Position numbers and translations under genes: made by a program
Shown: positions 1 through 13,345 of the stretch, piece after piece
Layout: every line of letters starts with the position of its first letter
Position numbering within the stretch: the stretch's first letter is position 1
The notes under the pieces: generated by a model
What the model was told of the DNA's origin: nothing
Databases searched by the model: none
What the model saw: the letters and a program-made list of their open reading frames with translations, nothing else
From: Octopus bimaculoides
Lineage: Eukaryota
Length of the DNA: 64,000 nucleotides
Assembly: GCF_001194135.2 (NCBI RefSeq)
Contig: NC_068993.1
Span: 3,729,475 to 3,793,474, forward strand
Direction of reading: 5' to 3'

Positions 1-2031
1 AAATGATGCGAATAATTTACGTACAAGTTTCCAGAAAAACGAGGGGAAAATGACTTGGTAACTCATCTTTTATTTTAGGTCTGTTTTAATCGTGGCGTCT
101 ACAGTATTCCTCCCAACACACACACACACGTGTACTCACACACACATGCTGTGGTATAAATATATAAATATGGATATGTTTAGGTCTATATAAGTATACT
201 TGCATATAGATNNNNNNNNNNNNNNNNNNNNNNNNNNNNNNNNNNNNNNNNNNNNNNNNNNNNNNNNNNNNNNNNNNNNNNNNNNNNNNNNNNNNNNNNN
301 NNNNNNNNNNNNNNNNNNNNNNNNNNNNNNNNNNNNNNNNNNNNNNNNNNNNNNNNNNNNNNNNNNNNNNNNNNNNNNNNNNNNNNNNNNNNNNNNNNNN
401 NATATATATATATATACATTCACGAACATACATTTATCTATGTATACGATATATTTGTACATGTCGCTCTCTCTCACTCTCTCTCTCTGTCTCTCTCTCT
501 CTCTCTGTCTATCTATCTATCTATCTATCTATCTGTCTATCTTTACATATGTATGTAAATGTTTGAATACGTAACGGAAGTAGTCGAATGTCAGAGAAAG
601 AGACATATTACATTAATACAAACAAATATATACATTATATTATTGCAATGTTCCTCTTATCGTCTGGAAAAGAAAAATTGTGCTTCATAGAATATTGGAA
701 TATTAAAAGTTTCTATTTACGGAAAGAAAGTAATATATCACCAATGTGCATCTCTAATGACAACTGTTTTGTTGGTATTACCTCATAGAAAATAACCTCT
801 ATTTTGTGCACGATTTAGTAATTAGCTAATTACTTAATACTAATAGCGCATAGAAAATAGAGTAGGACACACCTAGAGAAGGGTTTATTGGCAAATGATC
901 TATAGAGGAATTTAATAATGCTGTATGTATTTACTTTGATCTCCTTGTAAGTCTGTGAGACTGAAGTCCAGTTAAATTATCCATCTTTCATAATATATCA
1001 TGTATTTTTAGATTGCATGTGAAAGCGTCCATCTATTGCTTATTAGGTATAACTACTTCATCATACATGTAGAGAGAATTCTATTTTGCCGAAGCATGTA
1101 AAACCGGAGCAGATTGATCGATGTTTCTTTCTCTGTATTGATTATATGTAGCTGATATTAACCTCTTCATATGTTATATTTTGGAAGCGTTTATTGTAAG
1201 CATTCGACTTGTGCAGCTGAAATCAACATTTTCATTCTGTCATTAGTCTCAGAACTTTCATTGCATTGTTTGCTTTCTTATTGGCTCACTTCCTCTTTGT
1301 GCAGTCTTGCAAGATACTGGCCAGAAACAGATATTTGTCGCCATTTCTTGCTAAATTTCTTCTTTTAAATCCCGCTTCGATTTTCTCGGTTTATCAGTTT
1401 CTTTTTTTAAAAACTCTGCTATTTTTGTCCTTTATAAAAAGATTTTGTTCACTGTTTTTAGTTTAGAACATTTTTAGTTACAATTTAACTAGACAAACGC
1501 TTTTTAAAAAAATTATTCCTGATTTATTCACACTGGTTAATTCTTGCTTCTATATTTTTAACCGCCTGTGGTTACTTTTGATATTCCTGATGCCAAAAGA
1601 TGGCAAAAGAAGTGGCCTGATGGACAAAATATAATCACATCCTGTGATATGAGAAGTATTTTTACTTTCTAAGTTCAAATCGCTGATCGCGTAGACGTCT
1701 TTTTCTTTCCCCTGAGGTTGATTAGTCAAATTACTGGCGAGTGTCAAGGTCAAATTAAACACATTTTGCTGCTACTAAAACGCCTGGCCTTGCCACAATA
1801 CTAATGTAATATTGCTACTATTCTACAATGAGAGTGAAATAGGAGAAACAGTTGATCAACAAATACTAGAATTTTCAGCGAAGTAACTTTACTTTCTGAT
1901 CTTGATTTCTGCAGTTAATTTCGCTTTGGTGCCTAAGGTAAAGATGCATCGCAGATATCGGTCGACTACTCGGAGATATGAACTCATTCACCAGAATTCA
2001 TTCTGTAATTTTAATTTCGAACATTCCTCAT

Positions 2032-2083
<52 letters not shown>

Positions 2084-2358
2084 GCGGCTGTTGTTGCTGC
2101 TGCTGCTGCTGCTAACAGCGGCAGAAGAAGCTGCGGCACAATTGTGACAGCAGCGCAGCAGCGGCAGTAACGGCGATAGCAGCAGCANNNNNNNNNNGTA
2201 ACGGCGATAGCAGCAGCAGCGATAGCAGCAGCAGCGATAGCAGCAGCAGCGATAGCAGCAGCAGCGATAGCAGCAGCAGCGATAGCAGCAGCAGCGATAG
2301 CAGCAGCGACATGAGCAGCAGCAGCAGTGCAGCAGCGGCAACAGCAGCAGCAGCGGCA
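2032..2358. repeat. Compound trinucleotide tract (CTA)n-(CTG)n followed by a (CAG)-rich tract with a tandem 15-mer CGATAGCAGCAGCAG
   Basis: Direct reading. The 15-mer repeats about 6 times after the 10-N gap. Confidence 0.95.
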
Positions 2359-3424
2359 GTCTGTTTAGTCACGAGTCCACGTTGCAGTCTCCACAATAAT
2401 TTTCGTGTTAAACGTTTAACAGTTGATGAGGGCTTTGTACAAAAAAGTGTCTACTGTCAGCCATCTCAATGTGATTTACCACACAGCCTCTTTGGCAAAG
2501 ACTACCAAGCTAATAAAAACAACCTCTGCTTCCGAACGAAAGAAGGTGGCGGACTGATATTCGTAATGGAGCCCGCTAATCACTAGATTAAACTTACATA
2601 TGACAGCAATTGGTGGAAATAATTCTGCAAGTGACCACCCTTGCGCACCGAGTGATTGCGTGCAGAGGGAATCGGTAAAAGTGAAAGAATATATAAATGA
2701 AGCATAATGAACGACGTTTAATGAACTTCTTAAGACGGTTCTTGTTACTGCTGCTGCTGTTGCCTTTGCTGGTTTTATTGTGTTATTGTCCAGTATTTTC
2801 ATGGCGGTGGTTGAGTTTGGCAGGAACTTGTGTTTAAAATGATTAAAACCTTCTAATTTTATTAAGCGGCGTAATTTGTCTGCCCTCTCGTATTTTCATT
2901 CCTCCCAGGCACTCCTGTACGCATACCTTTTTGTGTTTTAATAGCAGCCAATTACCTTTCAAATTACAACTTAACATCTAAAAAACCGATTGAAATTTTG
3001 GATAATATAACCCAAAGTATAAACAAAAGATAGGATGGTCAAATTTGGAACGTCTGATCAGAGAAAGTAACCAAAACATCATTTTAGAAATCATCATTAT
3101 TCTTAGGCCAAAACCTCTATTTAGAGAAAGTATGTAACTTATCCTTTAGATTATGCATTCTAAATATACACAAGCCTATCCTTTTCTAATATCTTGCTGA
3201 AGATTTAGAAGTGTAATATATTGGATTTAGAGGCCAATATTATAATCACTCCACCATGACACATAACTTTGATGGGCTAATATTAATAACTGTTTCAGCT
3301 ACATCAGTCCAATCCAATTATTCTTCAGGCTGTAAAATCTTATTCTATGATGCAAAATCGATGTGGAGTTGTTAATACAATCTGGTTGAACTATTACTTT
3401 TAAGACTACAGCGGATTGTGTAGG

Positions 3425-3495
3425 AGCGAAATGACGTAGTAGATAAAGTATTTGACTGATTAGAACAGAACAGCGAGTTCAAATCAGTTGCTTGC
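3425..3495 (+). mobile_element. Decayed tRNA-derived SINE head
   Basis: A-box-like TGACGTAGTAG and B-box-like GAGTTCAAATC at tRNA-like spacing; no cloverleaf. Confidence 0.35.
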
Positions 3496-4694
3496 ATTTG
3501 TCTCGAGAATCCTATTTCCTAACAACTCCAGAATATTTACTAAATAATGTGGAGATGTGAATTAGTATTACCTGATGTCTTATCCAGGTGAATTTTCCAT
3601 TAAAAGTAATGCATCGTTGCCAATTGTGTAAACAATAAACATACTATAACAAAGTGGTTTTATAGGAACAATGTAAATAACTTCATATATACTTTAAAAT
3701 CTCTCATAATTATTACAGCTTTATTTGGACTGAAGATGTGGAATATAATTGCTCACATTTTGAAATAACAATAAATGATTTGCTGAAATTTTTTAGTGAA
3801 ATACGCCATAGAACACTAATATTATATTCTGGTCTTTTTATTATAATTCTTTTCACATTTAGAAGTATTTATAACAATATTAATTAATCATGGCACTGAA
3901 CAAGATTTGCATTTTATTGGTACACTGTTGAAAGGAAAATTCTATTTGAATGAGGTTTTACGAATAGAATGGCTATAGCTAAATATAGCTAAACATAGTC
4001 AACATAATGCCAGACACTTTAATGGTTCTGCAAGTCATCCCCTGTTTGACGGTATCTCAGATAAACAGCTGAATTTTCGTTGGCTGATGACCTGACAAGT
4101 TCATTGTTGTGGTTATAGATCAAAATATAGTTAAATCTTGAAGGTTTAATCTACCTGGTTCTGTATGAGTCTTGTAGCAATGCATAATTCTTGGTTTGGT
4201 CATTGGCTTCCACTCCACACATTTCTCCATATGGCAGAATATAGAGGTGATAGACAGCAAGGTAATGCCTAATTTGCTTAACACAACCTTCGGAGATAAT
4301 TCCGTCACAACGTTGCTAACCATAGAAGTTCAAAATAGGTTTATTAAAAGTTTGTGGCTAAGTAATTTTGTTGTTACGTTATTTCATTGTGAACATCATA
4401 TGTTCTATTTTGAGCACTCATACATCTGCTCCATTTTTTCTATTTCGTATCAAATCGACAGCCGGAGGATATTTGGTAAATACCATTGTAATCAATATGT
4501 GATTAACTTAGAATTTTTTGTAGAATACAAAGTTGGATTCTTGTTTCCTTCCCTTAGTGATTTTCTTTACAATAAGACACTACCTCGGCAAGAAGCAAAT
4601 AAGTTTGGCACACATGCTTGAGCACCAAAAGCGGGGCACAGGCTACAAAATATATTGTCCAACATTTCCACCTCTTTCCTTCGCAGGTCTAGTA

Positions 4695-4780
4695 ATATAT
4701 TTTACCGACCCCTTGACCAATGACAAGCAAAGTAGACATGTGCAAGATTTGAACTGGAACATGAAACAGCATGAAAAAAT
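4695..4780 (-). mobile_element. Decayed SINE fragment (same family as 35524/39157/43330)
   Basis: ttttaccgaccccttgaccaatgacaagcaaagtagacatgtgcaagatttgaactggaac aligns by eye to tttatcgaccccgaaaggatgaaaagtaaagtcgacctcggcagaatttgaactcagaac at ~43410-43475. Confidence 0.6.
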
Positions 4781-5149
4781 ATCGCACAGCATTTTGTTCC
4801 ACAAATTCAGGATTGAACCAATTCACACGCTGTATCTTTCTGAGAGAGAAAAATAACAAGCACACCATCAGTAACAACAAAAGTAATAATAACAGACTGG
4901 TACATGCATGCGCTACCTAGGGTCGATAACTCCTGAAATACGAAACTCTGGTTTTAACGTGAAATTAGAACTATTTCGGAAAAATTAGGCTTACCTTCTC
5001 TTCTATAGGAAATGGTTTGATTCGGTACACTCATGGTTTATAAAGTCGAGTCTTTATCTTAATGAAATAAATAAATAAACACATAAATCTATACAAGTCC
5101 ACATCGCTGCAAAGGGAATATATTGGCAATTCAATCAATCACGATGCAT

Positions 5150-5217
5150 GAAAGGTAATTATTTTATCGACCCTGAAGGTCTAGAAGGAAAATTGAATTC
5201 TGGTGGGATTTCAACTT
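5150..5217 (-). mobile_element. Decayed SINE fragment (same family as 43330)
   Basis: ggtaattattttatcgaccctgaagg...aaaattgaattctggtgggatttcaactt matches the core of the 43330-43538 copy. Confidence 0.65.
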
Positions 5218-5737
5218 AATATATGAAGACATATTCTTTCCTCTGCTACTTCTTCCTCTTTACTGCCATTTTTGGTTCCAGTGAAACTAATAAATATGCA
5301 CATCGCGATACTTTGAATACGCAATGGTGTTTTACGTATACATATATTGCCATATATATATATATATATACGTACAAACACACACGCACACACAAATATA
5401 TGGAAGCGCAAAAACACATACATTTATACATTCATACATGCATACATATATAATGTGTGTGTGAGTGTGTACATATAGACATATATATGTGTGTGTTTTT
5501 ATTGAGCATATAAGAGAAGTGAGGTGAGATGCACATGCGTATCGGTAGCGGTTTGGTAGAACAAATAAGAGAATAGAACTCATTACTTCAGTATCTATAC
5601 ACACACAAACACACACACGCACACATACACCCCCCCCACACACATACACGCGTATACATATATTTGTATATGTTACCATTCATATGCATATATCGATGTA
5701 TAAGGATTGTTTTATCCTTTGTGAGTACGTATCTCTA

Positions 5738-5739
<2 letters not shown>

Positions 5740-5782
<43 letters not shown>
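5740..5782. repeat. (GT)n microsatellite
   Basis: Direct reading. Confidence 0.95.
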
Positions 5783-5789
<7 letters not shown>

Positions 5790-7219
5790 TGTGCGTAAAC
5801 TTTTAAATTTAAGGTGTTGGAATATCCGTTTTGTTAACGTCGAACAAAATACTTTGCAATGGGTGTCTTTTCACTATTTGTGTCTCAAGTCAGGTGAGGT
5901 GGACTTGTCCAGGCCTTCTTATTCGTCACATTTACTATACATGGTCCTATGCCAATTCGAAACAACAATAATCCGGTTATGCTGATCTGCGCCATCAAAC
6001 ATTCAGATAATCAGGGCCTGGTTCTTTTGTCAGCGAGATTTTATAGACAAAGTTGAAATTTGATTCTATCGTAGTATAGTATACCTCAGTTGTGAAAGAT
6101 AGAGTTTACCTCTCTACGATCAGGACATAAAAATGTGGATGAATACAAAAAAAAAACAAACAAAAATCAATCTTCCCTGTTCCTGTTATCGCAATTTTAT
6201 CAGTTAATTCCATGATGACGTACTGTGCCGACTTATATTGGATACAAGAAAGTATACACGGCAATGAATGTCCGTGGGTTAAGAAATGAATATGTAAAAA
6301 ATATACATTTCTGTGACGAGCAAAAACATTCAGAGTTTCGGAGATTTGACCTTTTTGCCCGCTGACGAATGTTCAATTTTGAAAGGTTTGAATTTTTTTA
6401 TGTTAACAATAAAATAATAATGTGAATGTATTACCTTTTTTTTTATCTGTCTTTATTTCATTGAAATAGAATTTCATCTATATCTTATTTAAATTTATAT
6501 CAATTATCAGACCTATTTCATTTATATCTTTCATATTTATCTTGTTTAAAAATCTGCTATTAACACATAATTATAGGTTTAAAACTCATATATATATATA
6601 TATATATACTTTCCATGGAATGAAACTCTGATTGAATTGTTAACACTTTAGAAACGTAAGTAAGTCTGCTCTGTTGATCATCACGAGGATCTGTTTACCA
6701 GATCGCCAACAGTTTCTCTTTTTATTCCGCATCTATGCATATTCACCACTTAAAACTTTCTTCTCGATACAGACAGACGATGCACTCTTTAGTTTATTTT
6801 GCTGTACATACCAATCATAGCCTAACCCATACTTGGGCATCCAAATTAGAATGATATATTACAACATTTTTGGCTTCATTTATGGAAATACCTAAACAGA
6901 TTTTATTTACTTTTAAAGTAGTTTGGCTGCTATCTCTGGAATTCTGGATGACTGCTTATTGACTCCCTTTTGTCTGGTTGAATATAATTATGTTAACGTT
7001 TCTATCGGAGAATCACTGTACGACATAAATATATAGGTATAAATCATAATTATGTTTAAACATATCTTTAAATAGGATAAAGAAGTCGCATAGTTGACAC
7101 ATTTAAATATACAAGCTAATCTCAAAAAGTGTGTTTAACTTTATAAATGTGTGAATACATTCGTACACGCATATGAATGCCTGTACATATATTGATACAT
7201 GTCTCTCTTTCGGTCTTTG

Positions 7220-7253
<34 letters not shown>

Positions 7254-7311
7254 CGTACAAGCATACAGATATGCATAAACTTACACAACTATATATGTAA
7301 ATACTCACACA

Positions 7312-7362
<51 letters not shown>

Positions 7363-9012
7363 ATAAGGATATCTGTTGGTGTGTGAGTGTGTCAGTGCGT
7401 ATACAGGGCACACTGTTCTGTGCTGATATATATTTAGCTATTTTTTTATATATATATATTTTGTATTAAACTAGTAATGGAATTGTTTTTTTCTTTTTGT
7501 TCTTGTCCTCTTTTGCCAATTAAAAGATTACTTTTTTTTTATTTATTCATCGTTCCAGTCATCACCACCGCCACTATAAACACTCATATTGGTTTATCAG
7601 TTTATCTAGTATTTCTACTCTACTTTTTTTCTCTTTTCTTTTCAACCGTGTGTTTGTTTTTTTCATTCGCTCTTTCGTTATATTGGCTTCATTGAGATGG
7701 AGCAGTAAATATTGTGTTGTGTGGAAGGTTTCGTTCAACTGCCTAACCGGCAAGGGAGGCGACTAAAACACAATGAGGAGATGATGTGTAGGATGGGGAA
7801 AAAATAAGAAAAACATTAAAGACATAATATAAAGATATCATCAGTAGTTTTAAATTAGAAAAGCAAAGACGGTACTGCCAAATTCTATATTCCACAGCAA
7901 TAAAAAACGGAAACAAAAAGAACGACGAAAAAAAAAACCAAGAAAAATAACTAGAATCAAGAAAGAACATAAATATGCATATAGATACACACACACACAC
8001 ACACACAATATATATATATATATATATATATATANNNNNNNNNNNNNNNNNNNNNNNNNNNNNNNNNNNNNNNNNNNNNNNNNNNNNNNNNNNNNNNNNN
8101 NNNNNNNNNNNNNNNNNNNNNNNNNNNNNNNNNNNNNNNNNNNNNNNNNNNNNNNNNNNNNNNNNNNNNNNNNNNNNNNNNNNNNNNNNNNNNNNNNNNN
8201 NNNNNNNNNNNNNNNNNNNNNNNNNNNNNNNNNNNNNNNNNNNNNNNNNNNNNNNNNNNNNNNNNNNNNNNNNNNNNNNNNNNNNNNTATATGTATGTAT
8301 GTATGTATGTGTGTGTGTGTGTATGTATGTATATATACGCCACTTATGTTGCTGAAGGAGTTTGGAGTGCATTTAATGACATTGATTGATGGAGGGTTCA
8401 GCTCTTCATTATGTCTCCTTGATGGCTATACACCATCATCGTTCCCGTCTCCGACCCTATCACTTCCGCAGACACCGCCACTGCTACCTCAAGCAATCGT
8501 TCAACCTCATATCCATTCAACACCGTCATCATTTAGCACTAATATTAGTCCTCACACTGCCACTACTACCGCCACGTCCGGCACCACCAGGGCGAACATC
8601 GCCGCCGTCACCACCACCACTGTTGTGATCTATCATCACAATTATTGATCATCACTCTCGCCAGCAACATCATCCCGACCGAAATCAGCCACAGCATCAA
8701 CCGTTACCTCTCAAAATCCACTTTATCTCATAATTATCATTATCAACATATCTTCACTGTCAAATACCACGACGACGACGACGGCCGCCACCCTCTGCAA
8801 CTACCTTCCACCGCCATCGTCAATATTTACTACGACAGATGGTGTCATTATGATAATAATTAAGGTTAAAATCATTAACCATATGCTACAACAAGATGTT
8901 TATCTGGCTTGAAAAATTTATTAAACACCACGAAATAAACTTGCTACCTACACAGCAGAAGCACTACGCAGACAATTGTCTTTTATATTATAACATGATC
9001 TACGTAACACTG

Positions 9013-9122
9013 CACACAGAGACGCACGCACATGCACACAGAGACGCACGCACATGCACACAGAGACACACGCGCATGGACACAGAGACGCACGCGCATG
9101 CACACAGAGACACACGCGCATT
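9013..9122. repeat. 22-bp minisatellite, 5 copies (CACACAGAGACRCACGCRCATG)
   Basis: Five adjacent 22-nt units, each differing at only a few positions. Confidence 0.92.
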
Positions 9123-9389
9123 CACGTACATACACAATCACACAGTGTATATATCTACACACGTGAAAACATTGTGCCACTTGTTCACATGTATACACAA
9201 ACTTTCAAATGCTTAAATCAATATTCTATCTGGCAAATAGAGAATGTAACTTCACCAGGGATGGATCTTGTGGTTACACATTCTCTTGACACGTATAACA
9301 ATAAACCTAATCCTCCGGTAGAACCTGGATTATACAATTGAAGACAAAGCTGACCCTTTCGAAGTGCAAATACAATCCGTCCAACGGGT

Positions 9390-9545
9390 TTCTAAGCAGC
9401 TTTCGTTTATTCATTTTCAACCACAAAGAGCGGATCGACCACGGGCGCTAGAGAAGAATGACACTTGCTCAAGACTCCACGCAGTGGGATCGAACTCGGT
9501 TCCTCATAATTTCGGAGTGGACTCCTTTACAGTAATACCGCGACT
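9390..9545 (-). mobile_element. tRNA-headed SINE, 5' portion (family also at 43015 and 56025)
   Basis: B-box on the minus strand (gggatcgaactc = GAGTTCGATCCC). gacacttgctcaagactccacgcagtggga resembles gacattagctcaagatgctgcac at ~43065. Confidence 0.7.
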
Positions 9546-9959
9546 ACAATTCTGCAGTTGTTAAAACCACAATGAACAAAATTTAAAATTAAATAGTTTT
9601 TAACATTTGTATAGTGAGGGCGATTGTTTATCCGCTGTTCTAGTTAATGTACATGGAGGTATGCGACGAAATGAATTCTTTTTCGCGAAATTAATGAATA
9701 ACTGGCTGAGTATTCCGCAGGTGAGTGTAATCCTACTGCAGGCAGCTGAAATGCTGTATCAGTGGGACATAATGTGACTATGCGCAAACTTTTAACAGGA
9801 AAAAGTAATCACAGACAGAAAGGAAAAGGAGCAGCGATAGAAAGAAAACAGAGAAAATAGAGAGTTTTTGTGTGGGAGAGAGAGAGAGAGGAGGGGGGAA
9901 ACAGACAGCGAAACTAGACCGTTACAATGGACCATTGAATTTTATGTATCAGCCTCAAA

Positions 9960-10090
9960 AGCATAAAGTGTGAACTTGACTAAGAGTAAAATCGTCCTTT
10001 GAGCTTTGGACTTAGAGTTCAAAGAATCGGGACAAATACTGCAAAGACTTCTCCCCGATTTATTGAGTACGTGCCGATCAGCGGCCTTAA
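9960..10090 (-). mobile_element. Heavily decayed SINE 5' half
   Basis: ggacttagagttcaaagaatcgggacaaatactgcaaagacttctccc parallels gaactcagaacgtaaagacagacgaaataccgctaagcatttctcc at ~43470-43510. Confidence 0.45.
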
Positions 10091-10937
10091 AATTAATTTT
10101 TAATTATACAGTGTAAAGGACACTAATTGATTAAATTATCACCAATATTTTATCTCTGTATTTCTCTGATACTAGAGGAATGAAGGAAAGGATTGAACCA
10201 CCGCGATTGGAAATCTGTCTTAAAGAGGAAGATGCAAAGAGAGAAATATTCCAGCGTTTTACAACTTTGGCATTCCGCAAATGAGATTAAAGCTAAAATG
10301 CAGCTACTAACAATATATAACAAATATTATAGATAAGGAGATTTTTAATTCCTGAGCCCGTTTTATAGCAGAAAGCTAACCAGAAGACAGAAGTCGTGTT
10401 CTATCACTGCTACTCATTTGTTTGTGTGATCATCAAGAGACACCGACGTCACCAGTCAAATCCTCTAATAATTATAGTGTTATATAACTCACTGCTTTAA
10501 GCAACGGAAGAACTAACGAATTGTTGTTATGTTCAATTAAATTTCCGTGCCTTATTATATTATTCCTTCAAGAAAATGATACTTATATTGGAACGGCGTT
10601 TAATCCGGACAACTAGCTAATTCACGCTCCTTAAAATTGACAACTTGAAATATTAGATCAAATATACCGGAACCTAAGTAAATTTTGATGCAAAATGCCT
10701 TCGGACAACGGCAATATTCAAGCAAGTACAGATACTTGCATTATGAACTGCCGTTTAACAACAACCAAATACTCTTACATTTCTAATACACTCACTATCT
10801 CCAAAATTTGATTCTGAAATCAGTGGGGCGAAAGAAATGATAATACGCCCAAATGGTTTTGGTTATGCTTAGCAAAAGGATCAAGGGCATAAGCCTTAAT
10901 TTCCAAGCAAAATGCCATGTAGGTTCTTCCCCACCAC

Positions 10938-10973
<36 letters not shown>

Positions 10974-11159
10974 TTCCTGTTTTGTTTTCGTCTTCAAGTT
11001 ACCACCTCTCATGTATTCAATGCTGAAGTAATATTCTCAATTTCTGGAATGCTACACACCGTCACAATGAAAATAGTGTCCCTCTATGCCTACACTGGAT
11101 ATTTGCTGTTTAATATACTAAAAAGAGAAAAGTGTAAAATTATGTATAAATGAATATAT

Positions 11160-11228
11160 CCTGACCCAGGAATCGAAATCCCGTCCTGGCATTTTCTTGT
11201 TCGATATTCACCAATGCACCACAGCACA
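11160..11228 (-). mobile_element. tRNA-derived head or tRNA relic
   Basis: Minus strand TGGTGCATTGGT (A-box-like) and GATTTCGATTCC (B-box-like) at tRNA spacing. The anticodon arm is not recoverable. Confidence 0.4.
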
Positions 11229-11558
11229 CATTAAATCCATACCCTTTGTTGGAATGGCTTTTGGAGACTTGGTCAGAGAGCAAGGAAGCAGCATAATAAA
11301 TGGCAGTAGTTCATTTTGCTAGATTAACCGTTTCTTCATTTGACGTTAATTCCCGCCAGACTCTTTCTTAATCCTTGCTTTGTTGGATCGACTTCGGCAT
11401 CACCAGTGTTCAAACATATGGCAGTTGTAGTTGTTTTACTTTTTGATCTAGATGTTTCCGGTGTTGTCTACTTTGTTTATATGTTTATATTGTTGCTGCT
11501 CTTCTATCTACATCTCTCTGTACACAAATCTATACATATACATATATACTTATCCATA

Positions 11559-11607
<49 letters not shown>

Positions 11608-13183
11608 GTGTAAGCACATCTGTATTCTTATATATAGAGTTACGTTACATATATATGTATACATACAATATACGTGTATCTCTCTCTATATATATATAAT
11701 ACATAGGTAGAGAGATAGAGGAGAGACAGAAGGAGAAGAGAGGGCGGGGAAGAGATAGAGAGGGAAGTTTTCTTTTAGTCGCTGTTACATGCATTTTTCT
11801 TTTGTCAAGTCAAAATGGTTAATATCAATCATGATATTATCGGTAAGATGATCTGCAACTCTAAACCAGAAGCCAGAAGGGATTGATAATCTGATAACTA
11901 TTTTCATCGATGCTGCAGTGAAGTAGTAACTCTATGATCTAGCTTATTTAGTAGTTCGATATTTTAGTCGCTCGTATATAGAGTTTAAACATATTCTCAA
12001 ATGCAAACACGCACGCTACATATGTATGCACGCTTCGTAGGTAAGCATGCAAATACGCAGAGACAAGTACACATATTAAGTGACATATTTTCTAATACAC
12101 TCACAGCCACTTAGGTACAATGGTACACAAATAAACGCAATTTCTCATACATAAACACAGGAACAAAAATTCTGGTACATATACTGTTATTCTATTAGAC
12201 AGCAACAGGAAGATATTCCTGTCTCATGAATAGAAGATTCCATGCGTATTAAATTCCACACAAAACGCAGAGAAAAACGCATAGATATACTTATGAGCGC
12301 ACAAAGACACACGTGCGCACACATGACACGCACTGCGGACAAAATTCTGTTTATATATACATACATACCATACATACATACATACATACATATATATATA
12401 CATACATACATACATACATACATACATANNNNNNNNNNNNNNNNNNNNNNNNNNNNNNNNNNNNNNNNNNNNNNNNNNNNNNNNNNNNNNNNNNNNNNNN
12501 NNNNNNNNNNNNNNNNNNNNNNNNNNNNNNNNNNNNNNNNNNNNNNNNNNNNNNNNNNNNNNNNNNNNNNNNNNNNNNNTATATATATATATATATGCAC
12601 AGATATATATGAATGTATGAATGTATGTACATACATACTTACATGCATGCATATATGCATACAAAAATACATACATATATTCACACAGCCATGTGCAGAT
12701 ATTCCTGTATCATGATTGCGCAATACTGCAGATGACTGAGTCTAGAGTTCAGTGATCTGTATGTCACTACTGGCTTTACTTTCTTTCTTACAAATTCATT
12801 ATATCATGTGAATGTGTAAAATCTCAAATGACCAAATCTAGATGCCAGCTGTTTATATGCTACCATTGATAGAACTTTGAGTCCCTAACTAATACAGTTC
12901 TTCTCTAAAGCTTTACTCACTTTAATTGAAATATATCCCTGAAAAATCCGATAGCAGCTGAAGACTCTGTTTTAGTGTTATGTATTTTGAGAGAAATCAG
13001 CCAAGCGGAGACCATCGTTATTTTAAGGCCCAAGCACGGTACAAATTCCACTAAATCCTTAAAATATAATTAAATATTTCATACTTATTCAATCGGCTGA
13101 TCAGTAGAGAAATCGTTCCTCGAGGTGGTGTTTGGTACCAGGTCAATCCTAGTCAATAATAATAATAATAATTAATAATAATA

Positions 13184-13345
13184 ATAACATCAAAAAATAC
13201 TTTAGGAATGAGAACCGAGGTTCGAAATTTCCCCAAGATACCTGATGAAGGCTGGAGGGTATATCAGCCGAAACATTTTGTTAACAACAAACAAGATGAG
13301 GACAAATATCCGTCAAATATAAATAATGTAAATAATGTAAATAAT
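13184..13345 (+). mobile_element. Short interspersed repeat carrying a hammerhead-like motif (Penelope-type pseudo-LTR or retrozyme-like) ending in an (AAATAATGT)n tail
   Basis: Contains CTGATGA-stem-GAAAC, an upstream second hairpin+GAAA, and a tandem 9-mer tail at ~13320-13345. Confidence 0.6.
13238..13282 (+). ncRNA. Minimal type-I hammerhead ribozyme motif, degenerate copy
   Basis: CTGATGA 13242-13248; stem II GGCTGG/TCAGCC (13250-55/13264-69); GAAAC 13270-74. Stem III reads ACAT (canonical ACGT) and stem I ATAC/TTGT is imperfect. Confidence 0.65.

Noticed and set aside
3730-3775. CTGAAGA-TGTG...CACA-TTTT-GAAA as a hammerhead
   Set aside because: Four extra nucleotides lie before GAAA, there is no GUH site, and stems I and III are absent.
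4196-4856. 141-aa and 107-aa plus-strand ORFs, with a good acceptor at ~4687
   Set aside because: No recognisable domain, and the 4695-4780 part is an antisense SINE remnant.
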